From positions 1 to 64,000 of the forward strand of contig CAZUNO010000004.1 of the NCBI GenBank assembly GCA_964621445.1: a stretch of DNA of 64,000 nt, written 5' to 3'. Within the stretch, counting starts at the first letter, position 1. The number at the start of each line of letters is the position of its first letter. Shown piece after piece: positions 30,229 through 40,126 of the stretch. Position numbers and translations under genes: made by a program. The notes beneath the pieces were generated by a model, which saw only the letters and a list, made by a program, of their open reading frames with translations, searched no databases and had not been told where the DNA came from. Origin of the DNA: Candidatus Hadarchaeota archaeon. GTDB taxonomy: Archaea > CAYQAE01 > CAYVLA01.

Positions 30229-30947
30229 TCCTCGCCCCTGGCCAGCCTTTTCAGGTCCATTGGGAGGTAGGTGATCGCCTTTCTCAATACCACCGCTCTA
30301 TGTTTCCTTTCCCCCTCAACTGCTTGCTCCCGCAGCCAGCGGGCAACGAGGTCCGGATAGTGCTTCCCCAGGGTCTTCAGCCCCCAGCCTATGCCCTTTG
30401 CGGCCGATATATTCCACTCCTCGAACATAGATTCCAGAAAGGACAGAAGTTCGGCAGCCCCATCCGGATCTTCCTGCGATCTCTTGGCCCAGAAGTGAAT
30501 GGCAACCCCCAGGGATCTTCTAACCCATTGGTTTTGGTCATCTCGCCAGGGACCAAGGACCTTCAATCCAGGCTGGAAAAGGTCCACCAGCGCAGGTCCT
30601 GGCACCCTCTCGCCAATAATGTCCGATCCGTACCAAACATCCGCAGCGATGATGTAGCGCCTGGACCTCTCTAGTGTGGTTTCCAGCTGCTCACCGAGAT
30701 GCTGGCGGAGGGCCGTGCCGATGACAACCCAGCCGCCCTCGGTACCCATGGAGGCGATTTCATCGAGAAAATCCCTGGTGCTCAGGATACCGCACTCACC
30801 GATACTCTGACCGATGATGTCCAGGAAACGAAATGGGGTTCTCCTATTCAGGATGGGCAGTAAACCGTTTCTGGCAGCTTCAAGATCACCCTCCTGGATC
30901 GATCGGGCGATATCACTGCCAATATCCCGGGCCTGTTTGGTGTTCAT
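30225..30947 (-). CDS. DNA alkylation repair protein (AlkD-like HEAT repeat)
   Basis: W...D, W..D.N.WVRR, KGIGW.LK..GK..P..V..WL motifs; ATGA overlap with the radical SAM gene. Confidence 0.8.
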   Translation of the reverse strand: MNTKQARDIGSDIARSIQEGDLEAARNGLLPILNRRTPFRFLDIIGQSIGECGILSTRDFLDEIASMGTEGGWVVIGTALRQHLGEQLETTLERSRRYIIAADVWYGSDIIGERVPGPALVDLFQPGLKVLGPWRDDQNQWVRRSLGVAIHFWAKRSQEDPDGAAELLSFLESMFEEWNISAAKGIGWGLKTLGKHYPDLVARWLREQAVEGERKHRAVVLRKAITYLPMDLKRLARGED

Positions 30948-31048
30948 GTTTTCGGGGCACCTCCCTCCATACAGGGTTAATGATAGTGGAATGCGGCCTG
31001 GAGGTAATAGGTATTAGGCCTGGCACTATATTACCTTTCAGTGGTTTG

Positions 31049-32068
31049 ATGGATACCCTTTCCATTGAAGGGCCGGTTTCGGGGGGCATCTTCCTGACCT
31101 ACAAGTGCACGGGGTCCTGCAAGCACTGTATGTATGCCTGTTCTCCCCATTGGGAGGCCAATTGGATCGATGCAGCGGAGGCTGAGGGGGTCCTGGAGGA
31201 TCTGGGGGATATAATGCCAATGGGAAGCCGTCCAGGAAGGGGAGGAGTGGGTATAAACCGGGGTCTGCACTTCACCGGAGGGGAGCCATTCCTGAATTAC
31301 GATCTCTTGCTTCGTTTGGTTAAGGCCGCATCCCAGCTTGAAATACAAGGAACCTTCGTGGAGACAAATTGCTTCTGGTGTTCGGATGATGATAAGTGCA
31401 GGGACAGGTTTCAGCAACTCGGGGAGTCGGGCCTGGAAGGGATATTGATCAGCGTGAACCCTTTTACCCTGGAACATATTCCTCTAGAGAATTCCATCCG
31501 GGCCATAGACCAGGGCAGGAAGGTTTTTGGGGAAGATTTGATGGTCTACCAGGAATCCTTCCTTGAAACCGCCCAATCGAGGGGAGTTAGGGGGACCATG
31601 AAGCTCCCGGACACGATTAGTCTTTTGGGGATGGACGCCTTGACGGGTCTGGAGATACTACCCAGAGGTAGGGCTCCCTACAGCCTCCAGCATCTATACA
31701 GGAGCTACCCGGCTCGGGAGTTCTTCGGTCTCTCATGTGAAAGGGAGTTGCGGAGAGGTTGGCACTTCCACATAGACAACTTCTTCAACTACATACCCGG
31801 CTACTGCGGGGGCATATCCCTCGGTGACGCGAGGGATCTGGACTCCATCCTAGACGGGGTGGACCTCGGGGATTACCCCCTCATCGGTCACCTGGCAAAC
31901 GATATCCAGGACCTCTGTAGGTTTGCGAAAGAGGAGTTCAATTATCGGGAAAGAAGGGAAGGTTACATCTCAAAGTGCCACCTATGCCTGGATATAAGAA
32001 GACATATAGCAGCGCTCACCAACGAGTACCGAGAGCTGCAACCAATCGAGTTCTACTCCCATATCTGA
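31049..32068 (+). CDS. Radical SAM protein with extra C-terminal cysteines
   Basis: CTGSCKHC, FTGGEPF, ETN.FW; YCGG and KCHLC. Confidence 0.9.
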   Translation: MDTLSIEGPVSGGIFLTYKCTGSCKHCMYACSPHWEANWIDAAEAEGVLEDLGDIMPMGSRPGRGGVGINRGLHFTGGEPFLNYDLLLRLVKAASQLEIQGTFVETNCFWCSDDDKCRDRFQQLGESGLEGILISVNPFTLEHIPLENSIRAIDQGRKVFGEDLMVYQESFLETAQSRGVRGTMKLPDTISLLGMDALTGLEILPRGRAPYSLQHLYRSYPAREFFGLSCERELRRGWHFHIDNFFNYIPGYCGGISLGDARDLDSILDGVDLGDYPLIGHLANDIQDLCRFAKEEFNYRERREGYISKCHLCLDIRRHIAALTNEYRELQPIEFYSHI

Positions 32069-32078
32069 GGACGGTTAA

Positions 32079-32339
32079 GTGAAGATCATCGTACAGGTCA
32101 GCAGGATGGACAGGGAGACACAGGAGGGTGTTACTAGATTTGGGGAGCTCGCTTTCGAAAACCACAAACATCACCGATACGTGTTGGAGGTAAGGGAGTG
32201 TGAACCCTCCAAGAGGCGTTACCACCTGGAAACTGCATGCGAGAGGTTGATGACCCTCCCCTATGTTGAACGCGTCATTGTACCGGGCTACAGAACATTA
32301 CACGTTGAGAGATGGGACTCGAAGTTCCGCAGGACATAG
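32079..32339 (+). CDS. Small hypothetical protein
   Basis: Fills the gap between co-oriented genes; GAGG RBS. Confidence 0.55.
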   Translation: MKIIVQVSRMDRETQEGVTRFGELAFENHKHHRYVLEVRECEPSKRRYHLETACERLMTLPYVERVIVPGYRTLHVERWDSKFRRT

Positions 32340-32370
32340 CCTATTTATTTAACCCTACAAGGGGCGTAGC

Positions 32371-33297
32371 ATGGACGAAGTAAGAGGGCTATGGATACAC
32401 GATTCCACCTGTAGGGCCCTGGGCGGGGCCGAGGTGGCTAGATTATGTAGCCAGTTTGGAATGGACATCCTCCTGCCAAAGGCCCCCTGGATGACGGGTT
32501 CGAGGGCCGATCCGGATTACTGGGAAGGGGTAATGGAACCCATGATAGAAGAGGCGCACGACCTTGGCATGGAGGTCCATGCCTGGATCTTCTTTCTTAA
32601 CGATGCCAGCGTGGATGATGACCAGTCTCTACTGCAGGTTATGGAGGACGGGAAGACCGAGAAAATCGCCTGCGCCGCCAATCCGGAGACGGTTCGTAGA
32701 AATATCGAGAAGATAGGCCCAATACTGGAGTCCTATGATCTGGATGGCCTGAGCCTGGAGGACTGCTTCGTGTACCACCGTTGGCCCAAGGACCCCATGA
32801 CCTGTTTCTGTAGTTTCTGCCAGGAAAATGCGCCTCAAGGCAAGGCCGAGAGGCTGGCCTGGAACAGGAATCAGCTGACCGAACTATTAAGACGGATTAT
32901 GGAGGAAAGCCGAATCTACTCAGCGGACATACAGATATCGGCAGCGGCAAGGGTACCATACGAGACCCACGGGCTACCCATGTCCACCGACTGGAAGAGA
33001 TGGTGTGAGCTGGGCCTACTGGATTACATCGCTCCCATGATCTATAAGACCGATAATAAGGAACTGGAAGAGGTGGGCCGGGAAACACTGGAGATCTTGG
33101 AGCATACCGAGGTGCCCGTGTATATGGGTCTGGGGGCCTACAAGATAGACAGGGAGCTTAAGGGCCACGATCTACCCCAGCAGCTAGGCCAACAGATAGA
33201 GATAACCCGAGATCTGGGTGCAGATGGCCATATACTCTATCATTTTGGTGGATTGACCGTCGATCAGCTGGCACAGATCCGTGAAGCCTACGCTTGA
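32371..33297 (+). CDS. Glycoside hydrolase-like GHL10 (DUF187) TIM-barrel protein
   Basis: EAH..GMEVHAW, NPE, YDLDG..L.D, SAA, DW..W...GLLDYIAPMIY. Confidence 0.85.
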   Translation: MDEVRGLWIHDSTCRALGGAEVARLCSQFGMDILLPKAPWMTGSRADPDYWEGVMEPMIEEAHDLGMEVHAWIFFLNDASVDDDQSLLQVMEDGKTEKIACAANPETVRRNIEKIGPILESYDLDGLSLEDCFVYHRWPKDPMTCFCSFCQENAPQGKAERLAWNRNQLTELLRRIMEESRIYSADIQISAAARVPYETHGLPMSTDWKRWCELGLLDYIAPMIYKTDNKELEEVGRETLEILEHTEVPVYMGLGAYKIDRELKGHDLPQQLGQQIEITRDLGADGHILYHFGGLTVDQLAQIREAYA

Positions 33298-33356
33298 ACG
33301 GTCATAGCCAGGTGACACTTTTAACCGCGGTCTAGGGCTCACTATGGAGTGAGAAA

Positions 33357-34664
33357 ATGCCCCAGGAAAGGCCCAATATACTGTATATCCATTCCCACGA
33401 CACTGGACGCTACCTGCAGCCCTACGGATACGCAATTCCATCGCCAAATATCCAGAGCCTGGCCGAGGAGGGAGTTCTATTCAGGAACGCCTTCTGCGGT
33501 GGACCCACCTGTTCACCGAGCCGGGCCTGCCTAGTGACCGGCCAGTGCGCTCATAGCAATGGCATGTTGGGCTTGGCTCACCGAGGTTTTAGCCTATACG
33601 ACTATGGAAAGCACATCATACACACTCTTTCGGAGGCGGGCTACAGCTCGACCCTGGCCGGGATCCAGCATATAGCCAAGGGTGCCGATGTTATAGGGTA
33701 CGACAAGATACTGAAAACCAAAGGAAACAATGTGAAGGGTGTGGCTCCCTTCGCGGTTGATTTCCTACAGGATAGTGCTGAGCAGCCCTTCTTCCTCTCG
33801 GTTGGCTTTTCTGACACCCATAGGACCTACGCGGAACCGGGGCCAGATGAGAATGAGCGGTACACGATGCCTCCCCATCCAATCCCGGATACCCCTGAGA
33901 CCAGGCGCGACATGGCGGGGTTCAAGGCCAGCGTTAGAGAATTTGACCGCGGAGTCGGAATGGTGATGGATGCCCTGGATGAGATGGGGGCCATCGAGGA
34001 TACCCTGGTGATATGTACCACCGATCACGGAATAGCCTTTCCGCATATGAAGTGCAACCTGACGGACCACGGCATAGGCGTGATGCTCATAATGAAGGGA
34101 CCGGGGGGGTTCTCCGCAGGTAAGGTGTCCGATGCCCTTGTATCCCAGATCGATATCTATCCAACCATTTGTGATCATCTGGGCATAGAAGAACCAGATT
34201 GGCTGGAAGGAAGCTCGATGATGCCCTTGATCCGGGGGGAGAGGGACGAAATACGTAAACAGGTATTCTCGGAGGTTACATACCATGCCGCCTACGAGCC
34301 CCAGAGGGCGGTTAGGACCCGACGCTGGAAGTACATCAGGCGGTACGGGGATAGGGAGACGCCCGTACTTCCCAACTGTGACGAGAGTCGGTCCAAGGAT
34401 ATATGGCTCGATAACGGATGGAAGGATAGGAAAATACCCAAGGAACAGCTATTCGACCTGGTTTTCGACCCCAACGAGGCAAACAACCTGGCCGATGACC
34501 CATCCTTCCAACATGTTCTGGAGGATATGAGAGATAGACTGGACCGGTGGATGAAGGATACCGATGACCCTCTGCTAGAAGGTCACGTGCCAGCTCCCAA
34601 GGGAGCAGTGGTCACCGATGCGGATGCCATGACTCCCCATGGCCCTCACAAAACCATATCCTGA
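33357..34664 (+). CDS. Cys-type sulfatase (sulfamidase-like)
   Basis: PNIL....HD; CSPSR...TG; TTDHG; LFDL..DPNE..NLA. Confidence 0.95.
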   Translation: MPQERPNILYIHSHDTGRYLQPYGYAIPSPNIQSLAEEGVLFRNAFCGGPTCSPSRACLVTGQCAHSNGMLGLAHRGFSLYDYGKHIIHTLSEAGYSSTLAGIQHIAKGADVIGYDKILKTKGNNVKGVAPFAVDFLQDSAEQPFFLSVGFSDTHRTYAEPGPDENERYTMPPHPIPDTPETRRDMAGFKASVREFDRGVGMVMDALDEMGAIEDTLVICTTDHGIAFPHMKCNLTDHGIGVMLIMKGPGGFSAGKVSDALVSQIDIYPTICDHLGIEEPDWLEGSSMMPLIRGERDEIRKQVFSEVTYHAAYEPQRAVRTRRWKYIRRYGDRETPVLPNCDESRSKDIWLDNGWKDRKIPKEQLFDLVFDPNEANNLADDPSFQHVLEDMRDRLDRWMKDTDDPLLEGHVPAPKGAVVTDADAMTPHGPHKTIS

Positions 34665-35185
34665 ATAGCCGATTCATGACCTGAAGATCTGAATATCAAT
34701 TATGCAAACCCGGGATCTGCTAAATGTGAATCCTTGATCTGCATATCTAATAATTTGGAGACTCCAACAGTTACGGTTGGGTGGATATCCCTGAGAGATA
34801 TTGATATGTTTGGGGTTTTGATGATGGTCCTTGTCCTTATGGTGCTTATACGAATATTGATTCAGGAACTATGAATATCAAGTCAGTGAATAAGCTCAGC
34901 AACTTTCCCTTCGCACCTGCACGTCAACGAGACGCACCCCCTATTTCCCCGGGAACATGGGGTCCTCATGAGCCGGACTCGGTGGCCGGTGCAAACAGCC
35001 AGCGGTGATAACTATGCGTTTAACTATCTGATCGGGCCGTGATGTGTCACCTATTCTGGCATGGGCCGTATTCTCATATATGCCTCCGGATAGATTTGAA
35101 AAGGAGTAGAAACCCTCGGTTATCTCCTCCATACCCTCTCTCAGGTCCCTCAGGACCGGTCCGGGGTCCGATTCCCCGAGACCCA

Positions 35186-36121
35186 TCACTCCCATTTTTC
35201 CAGGAACTCGTTAACCTTGTCCAGGGTGGGGAAGGACCTGTCCTTCCTTTGTACGTGTACCTCGGCGGTGGCCACGGCGAAATCCGCCACCCTCTGCAAA
35301 TCCCAGCCCTGCTTGAGTGCGTAGACAAATGCCGCGTTGAATACATCGCCGGTTCCCGTGGGGTTCCGAACCTTGACATCATGGGGATCTGCGTGGTAGG
35401 TTTCCTTACCGGTGACCACCGCTGACCCTGATTTGCCGAGGTGTAGGGCTACCATCTTTGGCCCCTTGTCGAGAAGAATTCTCGCGCCCAGAATAGGATC
35501 CGGCTTTCCGGTGAGCTTTTCGACCTCGTCACGGTTTACGAAGAAAACGTCGGTATACTCCAGTGGAAGGAAGACGGATTGCACGCGTTCATCGCTCCAT
35601 CCCTGGTAGTCCCATCCGATGTCCAGTGATGTCTGGGCCCCGTATGAGCGGGCCCTTTTCAGAACCTCCGCGGTTGGCTCCCCTACCATGTGGTCTGCCC
35701 ACCAGTAACCCGAACGGTGGACGTGTTTAACCCCCCGGAGCAGCGGAAGATCCAGGTGTTTCAGTTGCAGTTCCCGGTTCGAACCCAGAGTTGCCAGGTA
35801 GGAGCGTCTACCATCCTCAAAGGCAATGGCCAGGGTTATGCCGCAGGTCGTATTCTCCTTCCTTTCCACGCACACCTCGACACCAAGGTCCTTCATCTGT
35901 TCAGTAAGCCAATCGCTCATGGCGTCGTCCCCGAGGAGACCCATGAACCTGGTGGACAGGCCCAGGGTGGCGGTGGCGGCAGCGAAGTTGGCTGCGCATC
36001 CTCCAACCATCATCACATAATAGTCGATTATGGTGGAGGCCTCCTTTCTCGGAAAGTCGGGTAGAGGCTGGGAGATTAGGTCTATATTCAGATCTCCGAC
36101 GCTGGCAACATCCATTTCCAT
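35186..36121 (-). CDS. PfkB-family carbohydrate kinase
   Basis: GG.AAN.A...A.LG, N..E, PTGTGDVFNAAF. Confidence 0.93.
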   Translation of the reverse strand: MEMDVASVGDLNIDLISQPLPDFPRKEASTIIDYYVMMVGGCAANFAAATATLGLSTRFMGLLGDDAMSDWLTEQMKDLGVEVCVERKENTTCGITLAIAFEDGRRSYLATLGSNRELQLKHLDLPLLRGVKHVHRSGYWWADHMVGEPTAEVLKRARSYGAQTSLDIGWDYQGWSDERVQSVFLPLEYTDVFFVNRDEVEKLTGKPDPILGARILLDKGPKMVALHLGKSGSAVVTGKETYHADPHDVKVRNPTGTGDVFNAAFVYALKQGWDLQRVADFAVATAEVHVQRKDRSFPTLDKVNEFLEKWE

Positions 36122-36238
36122 CACCCTGGTGAGTGAGGGGGCCTCTAAAAAGATTTGATGGTTTTCCCGGTTTACATAACCTGGATATGGCAAGCTGAAA
36201 ACATATTATAGACCATTTGAAGCACCTCTTGACCGAGG

Positions 36239-37000
36239 ATGCAAGTAATGCCATTGGGCATAAGTTCATGGAGCTTCCACAGGGACATTGGAGCCGGAGA
36301 ACTCAAGATACTGGATTTCCCGTATAAGGCAAAATCCCTGGGATTCAGCGATATCGAGGTCGTTACAAGTCACCTGGACCAGAACGCGGAGATCTTAAAG
36401 GAAAGGTGCCAGGATGCCGGGGTGGAATGGAATTGTGTATCCGCCGAGAATAATTTCGCTCTGCCCAAGGAAGACATCAGAAAAAAGCAGGTGGACCAGG
36501 TCAAGAAGGTGGTTGACATGGCGGTCAAGGTTGAGGTGCCCATCGTGCGGACCTTTTTCGGCCATGTCTCGGGAGAACCCCCGGTGGGGATGAAATACCT
36601 AACCATGGAGTGCGTCAAGGAGGTTGCTAACTATGCCGCCGAGCGGGACGTGATCATTGCCATGGAGAATCACGGGAACTACTGTAACAGCGCCTCGGAG
36701 ATCATCGAGATGATAGAAACCATTGGCAGCGAATATGTCCGCGCCTGCCCGGATACGGGCAACTTCAGGGGAGATGTCTACGATGAGCTAGAGCGGCTGG
36801 CTCCCCTGGCCGCACACATCCATGCCAAGACCTATGAATTCGATGAGGATGGAGAGGAAACCTCCCTTAACTATGAACGTATATTCAGAATTATGAAGGA
36901 TGCGGGTTTTGATGGTACCTACTCCCTGGAATACGAAGGGGAGGGGGATGAACTGGAGAACGTGAAGAAGAGCCTGGCCCTGTTCAAGCGTTACGTATAG
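36239..37000 (+). CDS. Sugar phosphate isomerase/epimerase (TIM barrel)
   Basis: MENHG, DTGNF, HIHAK, GFDG..SLEYEG. Confidence 0.92.
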   Translation: MQVMPLGISSWSFHRDIGAGELKILDFPYKAKSLGFSDIEVVTSHLDQNAEILKERCQDAGVEWNCVSAENNFALPKEDIRKKQVDQVKKVVDMAVKVEVPIVRTFFGHVSGEPPVGMKYLTMECVKEVANYAAERDVIIAMENHGNYCNSASEIIEMIETIGSEYVRACPDTGNFRGDVYDELERLAPLAAHIHAKTYEFDEDGEETSLNYERIFRIMKDAGFDGTYSLEYEGEGDELENVKKSLALFKRYV

Positions 37001-37039
37001 GACCTAAGTATAAGTCACCGGGTTGGAGAATAGCTTATA

Positions 37040-40000
37040 TTGGAACGGTGGCCAGGGGTAGAGATACAGGAGAAAGTTGGCTTGTTCGGTACCGCCGCCT
37101 TGGTCAGGAGAGTTGAGAGGAGGGTCGGTTCCAATGGACCCTATGCCCGGCTCACCGTAGAGCTGGAGGGGGGAGATGCAAGGAGGGTCTTCTTCGCCCC
37201 TACTGAGGATGCCGAGGAGGATGTACCCTGTCTTTACGAGTTCGTAGAGCGGGGGATAGTAAGGGATGGTACCAGACTTCTTTTCCATTATCCGCCTGAT
37301 GATAATCAGTGGTATCGATGGAGGGGGTATAGAGACAGATACGGCTTCTGGAGGAGGGGTCCTAGCGTCACCGTAAACGTCGATAGGCTGGTTCCCGTGT
37401 ACGCCTCGGTTCCCTTCTGCCGACTAAAGGAATTCATAACCGGTCGCCTTGGCGTACGCGAGGAGAGGACCGAGAGAAGCGCCATGGGGATTGCCAGGCA
37501 CCGTATTCTTCAGCGACACTGGAAGCTCCTCTGGGACCATCTCTCGTCCGGTGAGGGGCCTGAACGTTCCTTGGCAGAAGCCAGGGAGGGAACCGAGGAT
37601 TTCATCGAGGTACTTGCAAATCAGCTAGACATGTCTGACCTCTGGGAGCAGGTCTCTTCAACCCTGTCCACCTGCGAAGAGATATCGGATGAGATCATGG
37701 AGTGGACGGGGGAGGATGGTTATTTCTGTTCGGAGTACCGGGTTCTCAGCAACCGGCTGGGATTTATCGGCAGGGCGGATTTTATCGGGGTGAGAAGAAA
37801 AGGGGGTAGCAAAGGGAGGATCATCGAATACAAGATAACCGATAATATGGCAAATTATGAGTCCAGCAGGTCATGGGGATCGGTGCGAGCGCTGCTACAG
37901 GCGGCGACATATTCCAGAATGTTGGAGGAGTCCGCCAAGCTGCCACAGGTTGATGCCGAGGTATGGGTCTTCGATAAATGGAGTGGAAAGCGCTCTTACA
38001 CCCACCCCTGCCAGGAGGATGATCTTGAGAACATGCTCAAGAGGGCCCTCTGGGCCAGGGATGAATACCTTTTCTCCGTAAGCTCTCCCACTCCTCCTCT
38101 ATCCGAATATGGAAAGGGAAAATGCAGGTCGTGTTCCTTCAAGAGGATATGCAAGGGATTGGCCAGCTACCAGCCCGATCCCTTCTTCACCGAGGTAAGA
38201 AGAGGCCTCGACCTGGAATCTGAGGCCAATTCAAGGGTATGGAGACCCATGGAAGAGGGATCGGACCATGCCCTGGTGATCCCAGGCAGGAATATCCGTA
38301 AATATGGTGGCGACTCACTCGAATTATCAGTACCAGAGGATAAACAGAGAGTGGTCCCCTCCTCTGGTTCCTTCATCAGAATATCCCCCGTGGACTCCAC
38401 TCATGGCTGGAGTTACGGGGTGGTGGAGGAATTGGATGGAGATGTGTTGGAGATAAAACTAAAGGACCCCCTAACCCCCCCTATACTCACCGAAAACAGG
38501 ATTCGCCTTGACTTCTCGGTTCCCTTTGACTTCTCCAAGAGGGCCAAGATGGCCATCACCTCTGTTGAGGCGCCGGAGATCGTCAGCGATGATCCCGAGG
38601 TAATCGATAACCTGAAGCAGCTGCGGGATGCGGTTAGCTGTGCCTCGTCCATGGATATGGAGGAGATCGAGGGTGGTTTCGGGGATCTTAACGATTCCCA
38701 GCGTGAAGCGGCAGGAAGGATGATGGAGTCCAAGCTGACGGTGATTCACGGACCTTTCGGATCGGGAAAAACAACGGTGATTGCCAGGGCCTGCCTGGAG
38801 ATAGCCAGGAAGGGGGGCAAGGTACTGGTTACCAGCTATACCAATAATGCCGTCGATAACGCCATGTCCATGATACGGGACTTTTCCTCCCGGAAAAGGG
38901 AGAAGATTTCCCAGGTGAGAGTGGGAGCAAAGGAAAGGACGGAGGAGGGTGAGGGTATCCGGGTTGTGGATACCCGGGATTTTGACGGGCAGGATATCCG
39001 GGCCCTGCGTGAGGCCCATGTAGTTGGCTCAACTCTCATCTCGTGCATGAGCGACGTCTTCCGGGAGGCCTACATGGACAGCGAGGGATATGTAAAGCTT
39101 CGCCAGCTGCCCTTTGATGTATGTGTTGTGGACGAGGCATCCCAATGTATCCTTCCATATGCCCTCATCCCCTGTCTCCTATCCAGGAGATGGGTACTGG
39201 TGGGCGATCATAAACAACTGGAGCCCCTGATTCTGGACCCCCAGGCCGGGAGGGCCCTGACCAGTTGGTTTGATATGGCGGTCCAGGACCTCGAGGAGAG
39301 CGGAGAAGTGGTAATGCTCGATATTCAGTATAGATGTCCACACGAGGTTGGCTCCTATCTCTCAAGCCAATTCTACGGATCCAGGCTCAGGAATGATGGC
39401 ACCCCTGAGGGGCATGACCACCAACCATTGGATATAGATATGGAGTCGTGGGCAGGGAAAATGAGCTCCGAACTCGGGCGAGGAGGATCGGAGGCCAGTG
39501 TATCCAAGGTCGATTTATCCAAGATACTGGATCCTAGCAATCACCTCATCTTTATTGATACCGCCGGAAGGAGTCCGGAAACGGGCAGGAGGAGCAAGAG
39601 CAACGCGGGCGAGGCGACCATTTGCTCCCACCTGCTGGAGATCTTCAGCCAGGTGACCGATGATCTGCTTTTCCTATCGCCCTATCAGGCACAGAACTCC
39701 ATGGTCCGTCGCATGGTGGGCGAGGGGATTAGGATGGGAACCGTGGATAGCTACCAGGGAAGACAGGCCGATGTGGTCATTCTAAGCCTGGTAAGGAGCA
39801 ATCGAAAGGGTATTCTGGGTTTTCTGAGGAACGTAAGAAGGCTCAACGTGGCCATGTCCAGGTGCAAGAAGAAGTTGATAGTGGTCTCTGACTCAACTAC
39901 CATAAAGATGAACCGGGCGGATCTAAAGGCCAGAGAGGCACTTATGGAATACATCCGTACCTCAAAGGATCTCGATACCTACGTCTCTTTGGCCCCAGAA

Positions 40001-40075
40001 GATGGCGAGGTACGTACCAGGACAAAGAGGAGGGAACTCCGGCCCAAGCGTTCCCTTCGGAGAAAAAGTCCCTGA
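37040..40075 (+). CDS. Dna2-like PD-(D/E)XK Fe-S nuclease fused to SF1B (Upf1/Nam7-like) helicase
   Basis: C...G...H...E...GRAD...IIEYK...Q...Y...CxxCxxxxxC; GPFGSGKTT, DEASQ, GDHKQL.P, QYR, TVDSYQG, RRLNVAMSR. Confidence 0.9.
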   Translation: MERWPGVEIQEKVGLFGTAALVRRVERRVGSNGPYARLTVELEGGDARRVFFAPTEDAEEDVPCLYEFVERGIVRDGTRLLFHYPPDDNQWYRWRGYRDRYGFWRRGPSVTVNVDRLVPVYASVPFCRLKEFITGRLGVREERTERSAMGIARHRILQRHWKLLWDHLSSGEGPERSLAEAREGTEDFIEVLANQLDMSDLWEQVSSTLSTCEEISDEIMEWTGEDGYFCSEYRVLSNRLGFIGRADFIGVRRKGGSKGRIIEYKITDNMANYESSRSWGSVRALLQAATYSRMLEESAKLPQVDAEVWVFDKWSGKRSYTHPCQEDDLENMLKRALWARDEYLFSVSSPTPPLSEYGKGKCRSCSFKRICKGLASYQPDPFFTEVRRGLDLESEANSRVWRPMEEGSDHALVIPGRNIRKYGGDSLELSVPEDKQRVVPSSGSFIRISPVDSTHGWSYGVVEELDGDVLEIKLKDPLTPPILTENRIRLDFSVPFDFSKRAKMAITSVEAPEIVSDDPEVIDNLKQLRDAVSCASSMDMEEIEGGFGDLNDSQREAAGRMMESKLTVIHGPFGSGKTTVIARACLEIARKGGKVLVTSYTNNAVDNAMSMIRDFSSRKREKISQVRVGAKERTEEGEGIRVVDTRDFDGQDIRALREAHVVGSTLISCMSDVFREAYMDSEGYVKLRQLPFDVCVVDEASQCILPYALIPCLLSRRWVLVGDHKQLEPLILDPQAGRALTSWFDMAVQDLEESGEVVMLDIQYRCPHEVGSYLSSQFYGSRLRNDGTPEGHDHQPLDIDMESWAGKMSSELGRGGSEASVSKVDLSKILDPSNHLIFIDTAGRSPETGRRSKSNAGEATICSHLLEIFSQVTDDLLFLSPYQAQNSMVRRMVGEGIRMGTVDSYQGRQADVVILSLVRSNRKGILGFLRNVRRLNVAMSRCKKKLIVVSDSTTIKMNRADLKAREALMEYIRTSKDLDTYVSLAPEDGEVRTRTKRRELRPKRSLRRKSP

Positions 40076-40126
40076 AAGGCAAAGATTATTGAAAGGCCTC
40101 CCATGCAGTAAAGGAAAGGTGACCGT

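Noticed and set aside
34690-34881. Repeated TGAATATCAA 10-mer in an intergenic gap
   Set aside because: Only two short AT-rich copies; compatible with chance
34941-35195. 84-aa ORF following pfkB
   Set aside because: No recognisable motif; cannot be told from a remnant or chance ORF
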